Positions 23,162-36,499 of a stretch of 64,000 nt of DNA are shown in pieces. The notes beneath the pieces are model-generated. The model made no database searches and was not told where the DNA came from. It was given only the letters and a program-made list of their open reading frames with translations. Each line of letters starts with the position of its first letter. The stretch's first letter is position 1. The stretch lies in the NCBI RefSeq assembly GCF_006345805.1, contig NW_021835958.1, positions 124,001 to 188,000 on the forward strand. Reading direction: 5' to 3'. Source of the DNA: Octopus sinensis. Taxonomy: Eukaryota. A program made the translations under genes and the position numbers.

Positions 23162-23745
23162 AACAAAGTGGAGTTGTAAGGTACCGCACGAGTGGAATTA
23201 TATACAAAAGGTTTGAAAATGCAATTTTAAAAGATGTTTATTTACTTTACCGGTTTCACTCTTTAGAAAAAGATTGTCAAAAGTAACATGTAAAAGTTTG
23301 GTTGTGTTAATTATTGGTTGTCACAAATTGCTACAATATATATATACAGTCTTTGGTAACAAGGACATGTTAAGGACATAAAAATGTTTAACACGTTCAT
23401 GAAAATATTGGGCACAAAAGATTCCAACATCAATATACATTCTCAAGAAAATGTTAAAGATAGTTTCCAGAAGGAATTATTAAAAAGTTCAGTAGAATAT
23501 TGGTATTGTATCTATATATTCATACACACACAGAATATTGGCTGTCACAAACTACTACAATACATATATACATATATTCTTTGGTAACAAGAACATGTTA
23601 AGAACATAAAAAAGTTTAACAAGTTCATTAAAATATTGGGCACAAAAGATTGCAACATTCTCAAGGCAAAGTTAAAGATAGTTTCCAGAAGGAATTATTA
23701 AAAAGTTCAGTGGAATATTGGTATACACGCACAGAATATTATGAG
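23162..23745 (-). mobile_element. PLE-type terminal repeat next to (TA)n, followed by two ~200-220-bp tandem units
   Basis: 23162-23320 matches the 27810-28078 element; units 23321-23543 and 23544-23742 align with each other. Confidence 0.7.
23242..23286 (-). ncRNA. Minimal type-I hammerhead ribozyme motif, U3-A8 variant
   Basis: TTACTT-TTGACAA-TCTTTTTCTAAAGAGT-GAA-ACCGGT-A-AAGTAA. Confidence 0.55.
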
Positions 23746-23829
23746 TTCAAAAAGGTTTACATTATGGTAGTAGGCAAGTTCAAACTGACCTGGTCCACGG
23801 TTTTATCGTAAAAGACTATTTATTATTTC

Positions 23830-26800
23830 AAGAGACCCTGTAGGTGTGTTTGGGTGGGGGGAGGAAGAGAATGGATCTCAAAGTAAAGACAATATTCGTA
23901 GACCCGGAGGGTAGACTGGTCGTCCTGGATGTCGACGGCAGCAATGCGTGCGCTTTTCGACTTGTATCAGTCTACGCACCACCTTTAACAGGTCGGGCGA
24001 ATTTCTTTCAACGTCGAGAAGTATTCTTGGGAACGTCTCGTCCTTTACTCTTAGTGGGGGATTGGAATGCTACCTGGGACACGCATGTAGACTACGTGTG
24101 CAGAGATAGGAATAGACGCGGATGCAAATGCCTCAGAGACCTGCTCAGACGCTTTCAACTGTCTGACAGGTACCGACTCGACCACCCGAATGCGCCAACG
24201 TGGACATGGAGCAACCACATCGGATCGTCGAGATCGTATCTAGATAGGATACTGTGTAGGACAGTAGATAGAGATAGCGTAGGATGTCCACAATTCCACA
24301 TAGTCAGCTACACGGATCACGAACTTGTGGCATGTACACTAGACTTAGGAAAGACACATAGGCAGGGTCCTGGATACTGGAAACTAAACGCGTCTTTCCC
24401 ATCGAGACAAGTTTTCAGAGACCGGATTAGCACACTAGTAAAGAGGGCTTTGACGGGAGCCACCATCAACAAGAAATGGTGGTTTGCCCTCAAGAGAGCA
24501 GTAAAAGCAGAAGTGATTAGGTACAGCAAAGCACTAGCCTTAGATAGAAACAGAGTAGAGGGTGAGCTAGTTAAGAAGCTAAATGAGGTAATTAGAAGCG
24601 GCATCGCATCCGACGTTTTGGCGGCGAGGTTGGCCCTCGACCAACACTTCAACGCCAAACACGAAGGGTTTGTTGTCAGAGCTAGGATGCGTGCTCTGAG
24701 GAACGAAGGTGTTGGAGCCGCATGAGAGGCCCAGGTGGCAGAGGTGCAACAGGGCAACAAGGCCACCATTCGGTCTCTGGTAGATGAAAATGGGCGCGAA
24801 TTGCTCGAGCCAAGTAAAATGTGTGAGGCCTTTCAACAGCATTTTTCCAGACCGTTCGGGACGAGTGGCGGGCAAGAACGTAGGGTAGACTTCAGTGCCT
24901 ACCTACACAGCCTACCATGACTCTCGACAAGAGAGGCAGGGCGCTGCGAAGGTGCCATCACGGCGGCGGAAGTGCAGGATGCGATGGCAGAATGCTCGAG
25001 GGACAAATCGCCGGGTTTGGATGGTCTATCCTACGAGCTTTACAGTTGTATGCCAGACTTGTTTAGAGACGTCTTGGCAGCGGTGTACTGCAACTGGCGG
25101 CAAAACGGGAGCATTCCTGGTTTTGTGAGCCGAGGAGCCGTAACACTGCTGAAGAAAGATCTAAACAAGGGGGATGTAATAGATAACTTTTGGCCCATCA
25201 CTCTGCTTAATGCAGATTTGAAAATTTTAGCCAAGGTTTTAGCCAAGAGGTTGGCGCTTGTCATCGAGAAACTGGTCCTCAAGGCGCAAACGTGCGCCGT
25301 ACCGGGCCGGAGCACCTATGACAACCTTCACCTGATGCGCTACATCATAGACAATGTAGTTAAGGAACCTGGCATGGGTGGGGCGCTGATCAATTTGGAT
25401 CAATCGAAAGCTTTCGATAGGTAGACCATCGATATTTGGAGGAAACGTCAATACGGCTGGCTTCGGTCCCATCTTCCGCGGCTGGATAGCCGCTTTGTAC
25501 AGAGGAATCCGTTCGGTAATTCGTGTAAATGGACATCTATCAAGACCTTTCTACATTGCACGTTCGGTCCGTCAGTGATGCCCCCTCTCGTCGCTTCTTT
25601 ACATATTGACTCTCGAGCCATTATTGCGAAAGCTGGCAACTCTGAGGGGCATCCCGCGAGAATTGGGATGTGGGACGAGCGTATCTGCATACGCGGACGA
25701 CGTCATCGTCATAGTGTCTAGCCACGAGCACATCTAGCTGGTCGGCGAGACACTGAAAGACTACGAAGTGGTGACAGGAGCGAAAATCAACCGGGAAAAG
25801 TCAGTGGGCTTGCGACTCGGCACCTGGAGAAGCAAGACCATGCCGTCCACCAGCGCCTCCGTCGTGGGACGCTGAACCGACGGTCCGGTCGAGTTGCTCG
25901 GGGTCTGGTTCGGTCCGGACCTCCAAATGGAGAGGAACTGGAACGAGATAACGAGTAGGGTGGTCACTCTCGCCCTGCAATGGGCCGAGAGGAAACTGTC
26001 CCTAAAAGGTCGGGCAGAGGTGGCGAACTCGTACATCGCTTCCGTCATCTACTACCGCCTGACTGTCGTGCCTTGTGCCGACCCTACCATCACCAAACTA
26101 GAACGCATTCTCTTTCACTTCTTGCGGAAAGGATGCGTACCGATGGTCAGGTGATCCATTTTCTGCCAACACCCGTTAAAAGGAGGGCTGGGCATGCCGT
26201 GGTTGATGATGCGCAGACACGCGCTGAGACTGCGACATCTCAGGCTCTACGTAGACGACGGCGAACAGGTGTAGGCGCCGTTTGTGAGGTACGCTTTCCC
26301 GCAACTCGTCTCCATTACCGAACTGCAGTCGTGGATCAAAAAGAGGCCGAGGAAGGGCGAATTGCACTGCGAGTGTCGCGTTGCTCTCAAGCAACTATGC
26401 CGTCCCGGGTCGACCTTGAGTGACTTCAACACGACCAAAGCATTCTATAGGGGATTAGTGGAGGGAAGGCACGACAACGAGCTCGGGCGAACCTGGACGT
26501 CGACGAGGAATACCTGACCCACCTGTTCAAGACGACTTTCGAGCCAAGGCCCATGGACAACTTCCAGAGACCCCTGGCCTGGCAGTGCTACCGAGAAGCG
26601 CTACCCGTTCGGGATAATCTCTACAGACACGGTTCGAGATGCGGTCAGAGTGACGAAACCGTTCTGCACGCACTCGTGCAGTGTTCAACAATTTCTGACC
26701 TGTGGGTTTATGTCGAACGACTGCTGTCACGTGTGGGACGAGTCGGTTTATCAGCCGAGTCTATCGTCAATATTGTCACGCCTCCTTCCTTCAAACGGGA

Positions 26801-27376
26801 AGGAAGAGCTATTTTCACCATCCTTGTAGCTATGGCGAAAGAATGTATCTGGTGGACGTGTCTGAAAGAATTGGCGACAAACACTTTCCTCTCTGGTCAA
26901 TCTCTCATCAACTTCTTCAAGTATCACTTGAAAAGGAAAGTGAGAGTAGAGTGACAAGTTTTGTCTAGCGAATGTTTAAACAAAAGATGGGTGAATGTAG
27001 CAACGATGGCACGTATGAATGACGAAGCCACCTTGAGCATAATCCTGTGAACCCGGAAAATTGAAAACAGAGGGTTACCTACTTGCAAGCAAATGTGGTA
27101 ACATGTAATATTATTAACCGAGGTTACCGTGGTCTTTTCCGTAGGTTTTTCTTCCCACGGATAAACCTTATCTGCTTCTCCCTTTACACTTTACATCATG
27201 ACACTGTCATACACGGTCCCTATTGATCGTCTTTTTTCCCTTTTTTTTCTTCTTTCCCTTTTACGATCCCTTTTGACCGAAAACCTACCCCACCCTTTTT
27301 CTCTCTCCTCAAAAGAAAAGCTATACTTTATAATCTGTCCCGTCTGTGTGCAGCCCTGTGTGGATAATAAAGAAAC
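23830..27376 (+). mobile_element. L1/Tx1-type LINE copy 1 (truncated APE, RT, C-terminal Zn knuckle, 3' UTR); inactivated
   Basis: LLLVGDWNA, SYLDRI, YTDH (APE); KSPGLDG, WPITLLNADLKILAKVLAKRL, LDQSKAFDR, AYADDV (RT); many stops; ends AATAAAGAAAC|ATATCT. Confidence 0.95.
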
Positions 27377-27849
27377 ATATCTTTATTTGGATTGCTTTTA
27401 CTGTCTTATTTTGTTTTTACTCTCCTGTTCTTGTCACCATTTTTACCCCTCCGCAAAAAATCCCATGTTTTATTTAATTTGCTTTGCGGGAAGGATTGTT
27501 TCAACGAAGTCGTGTCTTGCCCTTACCTTCGAAACACGCAATAAGTCGAAGCAGGGGCAGCTGAAGAAGGGGAATGTTCCTTGTGTTGTATGTCTTGTAC
27601 TCTGTTTTTTCGTTGTTTTAAAAAGTCCGTTTCCATGTTTTGTTTTTATGTTTTCGTTTCTCGTTGTGTTCTACGTTTTTTTGTGGTGTCCTGTACGCAT
27701 ATATGTATATATACATATAGATGTAGGTATGTACATATATGTATGTATGTATGTATGCATATGTTTTATCTATTAAATTGTTAGTATATATATATATATA
27801 TATATATACACGAAAGAAGGTTTGAAAATGCAATTTAAAAGATGTTTAT

Positions 27850-27894
27850 TTACTTTACGGGTTTCACTCTTTAGAAAAAGATTGTCAAAAGTAA
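27850..27894 (-). ncRNA. Hammerhead motif, U3-A8 variant, stem III palindrome mutated (ACCCGT)
   Basis: Mirror of 27953-27996. Confidence 0.45.
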
Positions 27895-27952
27895 CATGTA
27901 GAAGTTTGGTTGCGTTAATTATTGGTTGTTAACGCAACCAAACTTCTACATG

Positions 27953-27996
27953 TTACTTTTGACAATCTTTTCCAAAGAGTGAAACCGGTAAAGTAA
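27953..27996 (+). ncRNA. Minimal type-I hammerhead ribozyme motif, U3-A8 variant
   Basis: TTACTT-TTGACAA-TCTTTTCCAAAGAGT-GAA-ACCGGT-A-AAGTAA; triplet GUA. Confidence 0.55.
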
Positions 27997-28286
27997 ATAA
28001 ACATCTTTTAAATTGCATTTTCAAACCTTCTTTCGTATATAATTCCACTCGTGCGGTACCCTACAACTCCACTTTGTTATATATATATATATGCAGTTTC
28101 TCTTCTCTATCGCAAATCATTATATCAGGTCTGTTGTGCTTACCTTTTCTTCACTGGGACATTCCACCAGTACTTCTTTTCATTATGAGTGGTTACGGCT
28201 TCTTATTTCTTACTCCTCGGGTTTATCCTTCAGACGGATCTCATTATAGAATGTCCTAGCTACAGCATCATGTTTTTTTCTGTGTC

Positions 28287-28324
28287 CCTTTCTGTGGAAG
28301 AGCGTAGGCTCGAAACGTAAAAGG
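28287..28324 (+). ncRNA. Minimal hammerhead-like motif with A6U core change, in a PLE-type repeat (about 28230-28415)
   Basis: CCTTT-CTGTGGA-A-GAGC-GTAG-GCTC-GAA-ACGT-A-AAAGG. Confidence 0.45.
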
Positions 28325-28429
28325 CTTTTTTTTTTATTCCTGAGCGTTATACTAATACATCTCTATGTTTTGTACACCACCTGTCTTCGTCTTTTGTGTT
28401 TTTTCGTAAACTCTCCATATATATATATA

Positions 28430-28491
<62 letters not shown>

Positions 28492-28626
28492 CCAAGAAAA
28501 CGCGTTTTAACATACGTGTTTCTATCTGTCTGTCTGTCTGCCTATCTATCTCGACATACAAACATTCATACATACATACATACATACATACATACATACA
28601 TACACACATTCAAATACTAATATATA

Positions 28627-28657
<31 letters not shown>

Positions 28658-28660
28658 CTA

Positions 28661-28722
<62 letters not shown>

Positions 28723-29281
28723 TATTGATCGCCTGGTTCTCTTTCCTATTGCCTATCACTCTTTCATATACAACCATCAGCCATACACGCTAGTACATAT
28801 ATTGGACCGACAAAACCAAAATTTATAGTCTCGATAACAGAGGAGTGCTCGACCGACCGGTTTACTGTGAGATTTGGCGTTTATTATGATTTATATTAGA
28901 CTTCCTGCATAAGGAATTTATTTAACATTTTATGGGTTTATGCGTGCTGACGTAAATATATATGCAACGAGTACTGTGCAATTTGAACTGGAGGTCTTCT
29001 TTATAACCGAGGTAATCTATAAAATAGTTGAAAGTTAAGATCTATTTATTGGTGGCGAAGCTGGAATTTGACAGTAAATAAATATTTACGTTTATTATAT
29101 TTAAGCAAAGAGATGTGTGCAAATATGATGTATCTATATATGGATATGTATGTATGTATGAATGTATGTATGTATGTATGTATGTATGTATGTATGTATG
29201 TATGTATGTATGTATGTATGTATGTATGCGTGCGCTATCTGTCTACCTGTCTGTTTGTCTGTCTGTCTCTGTGCATGTATA

Positions 29282-29315
<34 letters not shown>

Positions 29316-29316
<1 letters not shown>

Positions 29317-31367
29317 AGATGGCGGCGTGGGTTTCCGCCCCGACATCCGAAACTCGTAGCTTTATCATCGATACTTGGAGGCTGTCCTCAGAGCGGCTGG
29401 CTTCTGTCCCGTCTTCCGCGGCTGGATAGCCGCTTTGTATAAAGGCATCCGTTCGGTAATTCGCGTAAATGGACATCTATCGAGACCTTTCGACATCGCA
29501 CGTTCGGTCCGTCAGGGATGCCCCCTCTCGTCGCTTCTATACGTATTGACTCTCGAGCAATTATTGCGGAAGCTGGCAACTCTGAGGGGCATCCCACGAG
29601 AACTGGGATGCGGGACGAGCGTGTCTGCATACGCGGACGACGTCATCGTCATAGTGTCTAGCCACGAAGGGGTGACAGGAGCGAAAATCAACCGGGAAAA
29701 GTCAGTGGGCTTGCGGCTCGGCACCTGGAGAAGGAAGTCCATGCCGTCCACCAGCGCCTCCGTCGTGGGACGCTGGACCGACGGTCCGGTCGAGTTGTTC
29801 GGGGTCTGGTTCGGTCCGGATCTCCAAATGGAGAGGAACTGGAACGAGATAACGAGTAGGGTGGTCACCCTCGCTCACCAATGGGCCGAGAGGAAACTGT
29901 CCCTAAAAGGTCGGGCGGAAGTGGCGAACTCGTACATCGCGTCCATCATCTACTGCCGCCTGACTGTCGTGCCTTGTGCCGACCCTACCATCACCAAACT
30001 AGAACTCATTCTCTTTCGCTTCTTGTGGAATGGATGCGTCCCGATAGTCAGGCGATCCATTTGCTGTCAACACCCGTTAAAAGGAGGACTGGGCAAGCCG
30101 TGGTTGATGATGCGCAGACACGCACTGAGACTGCGACATCTCAGGCTCTACGTAGACGACAGTGAACAGGTGTGGTCGCCGTTTGTGAGGCACGCTTTCC
30201 CGCAGCTCGTCTCCATGACCGAACTGCAGTCGTGGATCAAAAAGAGGCCGAGGAAGGGCGAATTGCACCGCGAGTGTCGCGTTGCTCTCAAGCAGCTCTG
30301 CCGTCCCGGGTCGACCTTGAGTGACTCCATCACAACCCAAGTAATCTATAGATTAGTGGGGGGAGGTACGACGACGAGCTCGGGGCGAACCTGGGCGTCG
30401 ACGAGGAATACCTGACCCGCCTGTTCGGGACGACTTTCGGGCCAGGGCCCATGGACAACTTCCAGAGATCCCTGGCCTGGCAGTGCTACCGAGAAGCGCT
30501 ACCCGTTCGGGATAATCTCTACAGACACGGTTCGAGAAACACGAGGCCGACCTGCCCGAGATGCGGTCAGAGCGACGAAACCGTTCTGCACGCACTCGTG
30601 CAGTGTCCAACAATTTCCGACCTGTGGGCTTATGTCGAATAACTGCTGTCACGCGTGGCACGAGTCTGTTTATCAGCTGAGTCTATCGTCAATATTGTTA
30701 CGCCTCCTTCCTACAAACGGGAACGAAGAGCTATTTTCATCATCCTTGTGGCTATGGCGAAAAAGTGTATCTGGTGGACGCGTCTGAAAGGATTGGAGAC
30801 AAACACTTTCCTCTCTGGTCAATCTCTCATCAGCTTCTTCAAGTATCACTTGAAAAGGAAAGTGAGAGTAGAGAGGCAAGTTTTGTCTAGCGAATGTTTA
30901 AACAAAAGATGGGTGAATGTAGCAACGATGGCACGTATGAATGACGAAGCCACCTTGAGCATAATCCTATGAACCAAAAAATTGAAAACAGAGGGTTACC
31001 TACTTGCAAGCAAATGTGGTAACATATAACAATATTGACCGAGGTTATCGTGGTCTTTTTCGTAGGCTTTTCTTCCCACGGATAAACCTTATCTGCTTCC
31101 CCCTTTACACCGTACATCATGACACTGTGATACACGATCCCTATTGATCGTTTTTTTCTTCTTCCCCTTTTTTCCTCTTTTTTTCTTCTTTTTTCTTTTA
31201 TCTTTTCTTTTGTTTCTTTTCGTTTTTCTTCTTTTTTTCTTTTTTCCCCTTTACGATCCCTTTTGATCGAAAACCTACGCCACTTTTTTTTTTCATCCCC
31301 CAAAAGAAAAGCTCTACCTTGTAATTTGTCCCATCTGTGTGCAGCCCTGTGTGGCCAATAAAGAAAC
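29316..31367 (+). mobile_element. L1/Tx1-type LINE copy 2 (RT C-half to 3' end) with 50-bp extra 5' segment
   Basis: Colinear with copies 1 and 3 from 29366; SVRQGCPLS, AYADDV, CPRC..H..QC; ends AATAAAGAAAC|TTATCTATC. Confidence 0.95.
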
Positions 31368-31421
31368 TTATCTATCTATCTTTCTATCCATCCATCCATC
31401 CATCCATCCATCCATCCATCC

Positions 31422-31469
<48 letters not shown>

Positions 31470-31470
31470 C

Positions 31471-31504
<34 letters not shown>

Positions 31505-31509
31505 GTCTA

Positions 31510-31606
<97 letters not shown>

Positions 31607-31613
31607 ATATCTA

Positions 31614-31645
<32 letters not shown>

Positions 31646-31674
31646 TCTATATATCTATCTATCTATCTATCTAA

Positions 31675-31731
<57 letters not shown>

Positions 31732-31738
31732 ATATCTC

Positions 31739-31777
<39 letters not shown>

Positions 31778-31782
31778 GTCTG

Positions 31783-31825
<43 letters not shown>

Positions 31826-31847
31826 CTCTATCTTTCCTATCTATCTA

Positions 31848-31877
<30 letters not shown>
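31368..31877 (+). repeat. (TATC)n/(TGTC)n microsatellite directly 3' of Tx1 copy 2
   Basis: Direct reading. Confidence 0.95.
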
Positions 31878-31878
<1 letters not shown>

Positions 31879-32551
31879 CCCATATTGTAATTTATAAGGA
31901 TTAGCACACAAGCACGCACAGATGTACCAAAAAAAAAAAACTGAAACAGTTAATAACTATAAATACAAGAAATCCATGGAATAAAAGGAAACAAAATATA
32001 AACAGCAAAGACCGATGAAAGCTTACAGTTGCAAAAGTTATTCCAATATAGATAAATAAATAAATAAATAAACACGTGAAGTGGGGAAAAAATGAAAAAA
32101 TAGTCATAGTGACATCGCGTTGAGAATATTGTTGACAGTCACCAAATAACTCAAATAAATGAAAACAAGGCGGCCCTCACAAGGAAGTTGTTGTTGTTGT
32201 TGCTGCTGATGCTGTTGTTGTTGTTTTTGCACCTGCAGATATTCACCTCTCACCCGTTTACCTCAACTAGAATCCAACATCATTAGAAAACTTCTCAATT
32301 CAAATACCAGATGGTGGTAAGTTAACTGCGGTGCTATGCCCTTCCTTCCTTCTTTCGTGTCTTCCTACCCCTCTAACTCTCACCCTCTCTCACTTCATTA
32401 TTGCAATCTGTTTACATTTGTTCTTATTTTAAAGTTCCTTTTGTTTTATTTTATTTCTTTTGTTCTTCATTTTTAATTAGGCTGCTTTTGAAGGAGGACA
32501 AGAACAAGGGGGATGAAGAGCGAAAGGAGAAGAAAGAGCAAAAAGAAAGAG

Positions 32552-32585
<34 letters not shown>

Positions 32586-32789
32586 GGAGAATGAGATGTG
32601 ACGGATTTGTCACGAAGCTGAAGCTATTTCGAAGGAATGAGTTAAAATCACAAAACGTGTGAAAAGAGAATATAAAAGATACAATATATAAAAGGCGATG
32701 GTAGTAGTTTGGACAGAAGGAGCCGTTAAATTGCTTAGAACAACAAGGATTAATACGGAGCTTTTAGAAGATGAATAATAATAATAATC

Positions 32790-33301
32790 GGCTCTCATGG
32801 CTTCTGGTCTTAACTGACTGGAAGTGTTATCATAAACATTGTTTTGTCTTGGTATAAAAGATGGGCTACAGCAAATATTCTGCTCAATACCACAAATTTG
32901 CTTGTCAGTTGTTTGACCGTAACCAGTTGAGCATGTCCCTTAGTGGCTGACGATATGTGCATCTCTGATCACGAGTAGAAGTAGTGGGGGAGCATCATAG
33001 CCATGTGTTGAGAGGGATTCTTTGGGGAAACATAGGTGTTTCATTCAACATCCTTAAACAACCCTTAATCAGGGACCTTTTGAGTGGGATGGGTTACCCA
33101 ACCAGAAGAAAATTCTAACTGGGCCCCACCCGCAAGGTCATGCGCTGTTTATCTTATTATGAGATCACCATGTCACGCACATATGGTTGTGATGCATGTA
33201 CCTGGTATATCCTTATCAGACGGGTAGTCATGATGGGTATACTGGGCTTCGTATATTTGTACCCCAGTGTCACTTTGATGGCATGCACTGCTCTCTCACT
33301 C
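32790..33301 (+). mobile_element. Unclassified retroposon-like repeat ending in (AAT)n
   Basis: About 500 bp of elevated-GC non-coding sequence ending CTCTCTCACTC followed by (AAT)n; family not identified. Confidence 0.4.
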
Positions 33302-33359
<58 letters not shown>

Positions 33360-33559
33360 TGATGCCGCTGTTGATACTAAATACTACTAATACTACAATA
33401 ATACTACAACTACTACTAGTATGATAGCACAGGAATCTAGGGCCCAAATACTACCCTTACCACTACCCCACCCCTGCTAATGTTGCTGTTGCTGCAACCA
33501 CTGCTATTACTACACATAAAAACAATAATACCAGTGATATCAGTGATGATAAAAATAAT

Positions 33560-35810
33560 TATAATGAAAGGAAACGAGTGGAGTCTCCTTATGGGCTCAT
33601 AATGATATATCTAGTGATGGTGTCACAAGAAAAACACTGGTAATTGCGCAACCTGATAATCGCTACCTCATATGAGTAACAATGAAAAAACAAAATATTG
33701 TGGATAACGGTGAGAATGAAACTTAAGCCAATGATGGTGACACTGTTACACCCGATAGCGACTTGTGGGCCAAAGTCAGAAGAAACATTATGAAAAAGAA
33801 ATTACAAACTGAAGTAGAGACTGACCAAATTAAACAAGCAGTAAGGGATAAAAGGAACGAAGCTGGAGCTAAAGAAGACACTACAGAGGAAATGATTATA
33901 GACCAGCCTAGGGCTGATAAAAACGCAGTAATGATTGAAGGAGTTAATGTAACTGATAATCAAAGTGAAATACTGTCTGAACCAACCATAAACACTAAGG
34001 CAGATGAAAATCAAATAGATGAAGAAAGTCACACAGAAATTGACCCAACAGAACTAAATTAAAGAACCAGTATGAATGAACGCAACACTCTCCCAAAAGT
34101 TCGCAATTCTAGTCAAAACCTGAAAATAATTGGTAAAATCCGCCTTGCACTTAAGGATATAATTTCAGCTAATGATGCTGATATTACAGATCTGAATCAC
34201 ATGTACGATGCATCCGCGAACATCACAACGATTCTATGTGGTGAAAAGATTAGAAAACGACAACATTCCCACAAAAAGTCTCCTTGGTAACAGCGTATTC
34301 AAAACCAAATTCAGCTACTTAGGTCTGACTTTCCATAATGAGTAAAAAGGATGTAAACGTGGGTCCTATGGTTCAGCAACTCATCAATAAAATGATCTTA
34401 GAATAGTGTCACAAATGACACAAAAACTTGTCAATACCCTGGGTTGACTATAAAAATGCTTTTGATAGTCTACCACATAGCTGGATTAAGAAATGTCTGG
34501 AAATGCATAAAATAGCTCCTACATTGCGAAACGTTTTGTCTGTAAGCATGAGATCATGGAGAACCACACAGGCTTTGAACAGTGACAATGAATCTCTAAA
34601 TGCTGGAGAATTAAAAATTCCACGTGTCATTTTCCAAGGTGACTGTCTGTCACCGCTTCTCTTTTGTCTAGCCTTAATACCTATCCCGAAATTGCTCAAT
34701 GATGCACAATACGGTTATAAAATGTTTGGTAAAAATATGAATCATCTCATTTACATGGATGATTTAAAGCTCTTTGCAACAAATGACCAACAACTACAGG
34801 GCTTATTAGCAATTGTTAAACAATTCAGTGATGACATCAGGATGCAATTTGACCTTGATAAATGTGCAAAAGCTACCTTTATCAATAGAAAAATGACAGA
34901 AAAATCCAATGTTAACCTTGACCAACAGAAAGTCATAAAGGAATTAGAACAAGCGGAAGGCTACAAATACCTAGGGGGGTACTTGAGGGGACGGAATCAG
35001 TGATTCAGTGATGAGGGAAAGGATCAGAAGAGAATGTTATCGCAGGGTAAGGGCAATACTCAAGACAGAGCTGAATGCAAGAAACAGGATCGAAGCGATC
35101 AATACTTTAGCCATACCAGTCGTGACTTACAGTTTCAATACCATTAACTGGCCAATTACTGAAATATGTAATCTTGGCAGAAAAATGCGAAAATTGTTGA
35201 CAATGCATAGAATGCACTACTCTAAGGCAGATATAGAATGACTTTATCTGCCAAGAAAAGAGAGTGGCCGTGGACTTTTACAACTAGAATTAACAATGAA
35301 GATTGCCACAATTGACCTAGTAACCTACCTGAAAAACTCTGATGTAATTTGAAACAGAAGGGTTTATCATAGCAGCTCAAGATCAATGCCTACCTACAAG
35401 AAATTACCAGGTCAACATATTAAAAAACGGCAGCTGCCCAACATGTCATGTATTTCAACAACAAAATGAAACCATTGATCATGTTCTTGCGCCTACAGAG
35501 TATCTCCACAGCCATGATAGAGTAGCACAATATATTCACTTGGTAATTTGCAAAAGCCTGGACCTGCCCCATGATAAAAACTAGTGGGAACACAAACCAC
35601 CTCCAGTGCTTGAAAATGATCACATGTCACTCCTCTGGAACTTCGCCATTCAAGCCAACAGAATGATAGATGCGAACAGGCCAGACATTATATTGAAAGA
35701 CTTCAGACAAAAATCATGCGTCCTCATTTGTATGACTGTCCCAATCAATATAAATATATCTGTCAAGACCTACCAAAAACTGAGCAAGTATAATGATCTT
35801 GAAATATGAA
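33560..35810 (+). mobile_element. Long degraded R4/Dong-type LINE (N-terminus, RT, RLE)
   Basis: WVDYKNAFDSLPHSW, IFQGDCLSPLLF, HLIYMDDLKLFA, ELNARNRIEAINTLAIP, HDRVAQ, RPDIILKD. Confidence 0.9.
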
Positions 35811-35814
35811 TTGG

Positions 35815-36478
35815 CGAAAAATTAAGACATGACAGAGTTGGCCAATATCTACACTAGCTAATAAGTCGGCATTACAATATCAAAACTGCCGACAAGTGGT
35901 ATAATCATCACCCTGAAGCTGTAACTGAAGGAGAAAGTGTAACGATTCTGTGGGACTTTCCAGTACATACAGACCGAACCATCAAAGCCAATAAACCAGA
36001 TATTGTTGTGAAAGACAAAAACAATAAAGTTTGCTTATTGATTGACATGAGCATCCCCTGTGATCATAATATCTCGGCGAAAGAGTTTGACAAGCTCAGA
36101 AAATATAAAGACCTGCTCATTGAAATTGAGAAAATGTGGCATCTCAAGGCGGTTACAATACCAGTGATCGTAGGAGCACTAGGAATGATCAAGAAGGGAA
36201 CCGAAAATTATATGAGAATGATCCCTGGCTTACCATCCCTGCAAGAAGTGCAAAAGATTGTCTTAACTGGTACATCACACGTATTGAGAAGAGCATTGTC
36301 GCTGTGAGAACTATTACTACCCATGTATTTTAATTTAACTTTAAAAAAAAAAAATGAACGAACTATTGAGTTTAGTTTAATGGCCTACCAATGTATACTA
36401 TGAGTTTCTTTGCCCTAGGAGTCGGGAAGACACTCGGCAAGAAATGGAAGCAAATTTGAAAGAAGAAGAGAAAAAAAA
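35815..36478 (+). mobile_element. Second R4/Dong family RLE domain plus 3' tail
   Basis: ILWDFPVHTDRTIKANKPDIVVKD...LIDMSIP...KLRKYKDL...VLTGTSHVLRRALSL*; tail ends GAAAGAAGAAGAG-poly(A). Confidence 0.9.
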
Positions 36479-36499
36479 AAGGGAAAGCTTTATGCAAGA

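Larger units (their letters stand above)
27810..28078. mobile_element. PLE-type terminal repeats in head-to-head palindrome (arms 27810-27918 / 27929-28036) between (TA)n tracts
   Basis: Arms are near-perfect reverse complements; the right arm continues to the same terminus as 23162 (CTCCACTTTGTT|ATATAT). Confidence 0.85.

Noticed and set aside
27520-27600. GAAAC...GTC and CTGAAGA-hairpin as a possible type-II hammerhead
   Set aside because: Stem I cannot form, stem III is only 2 bp and no GAA follows the hairpin
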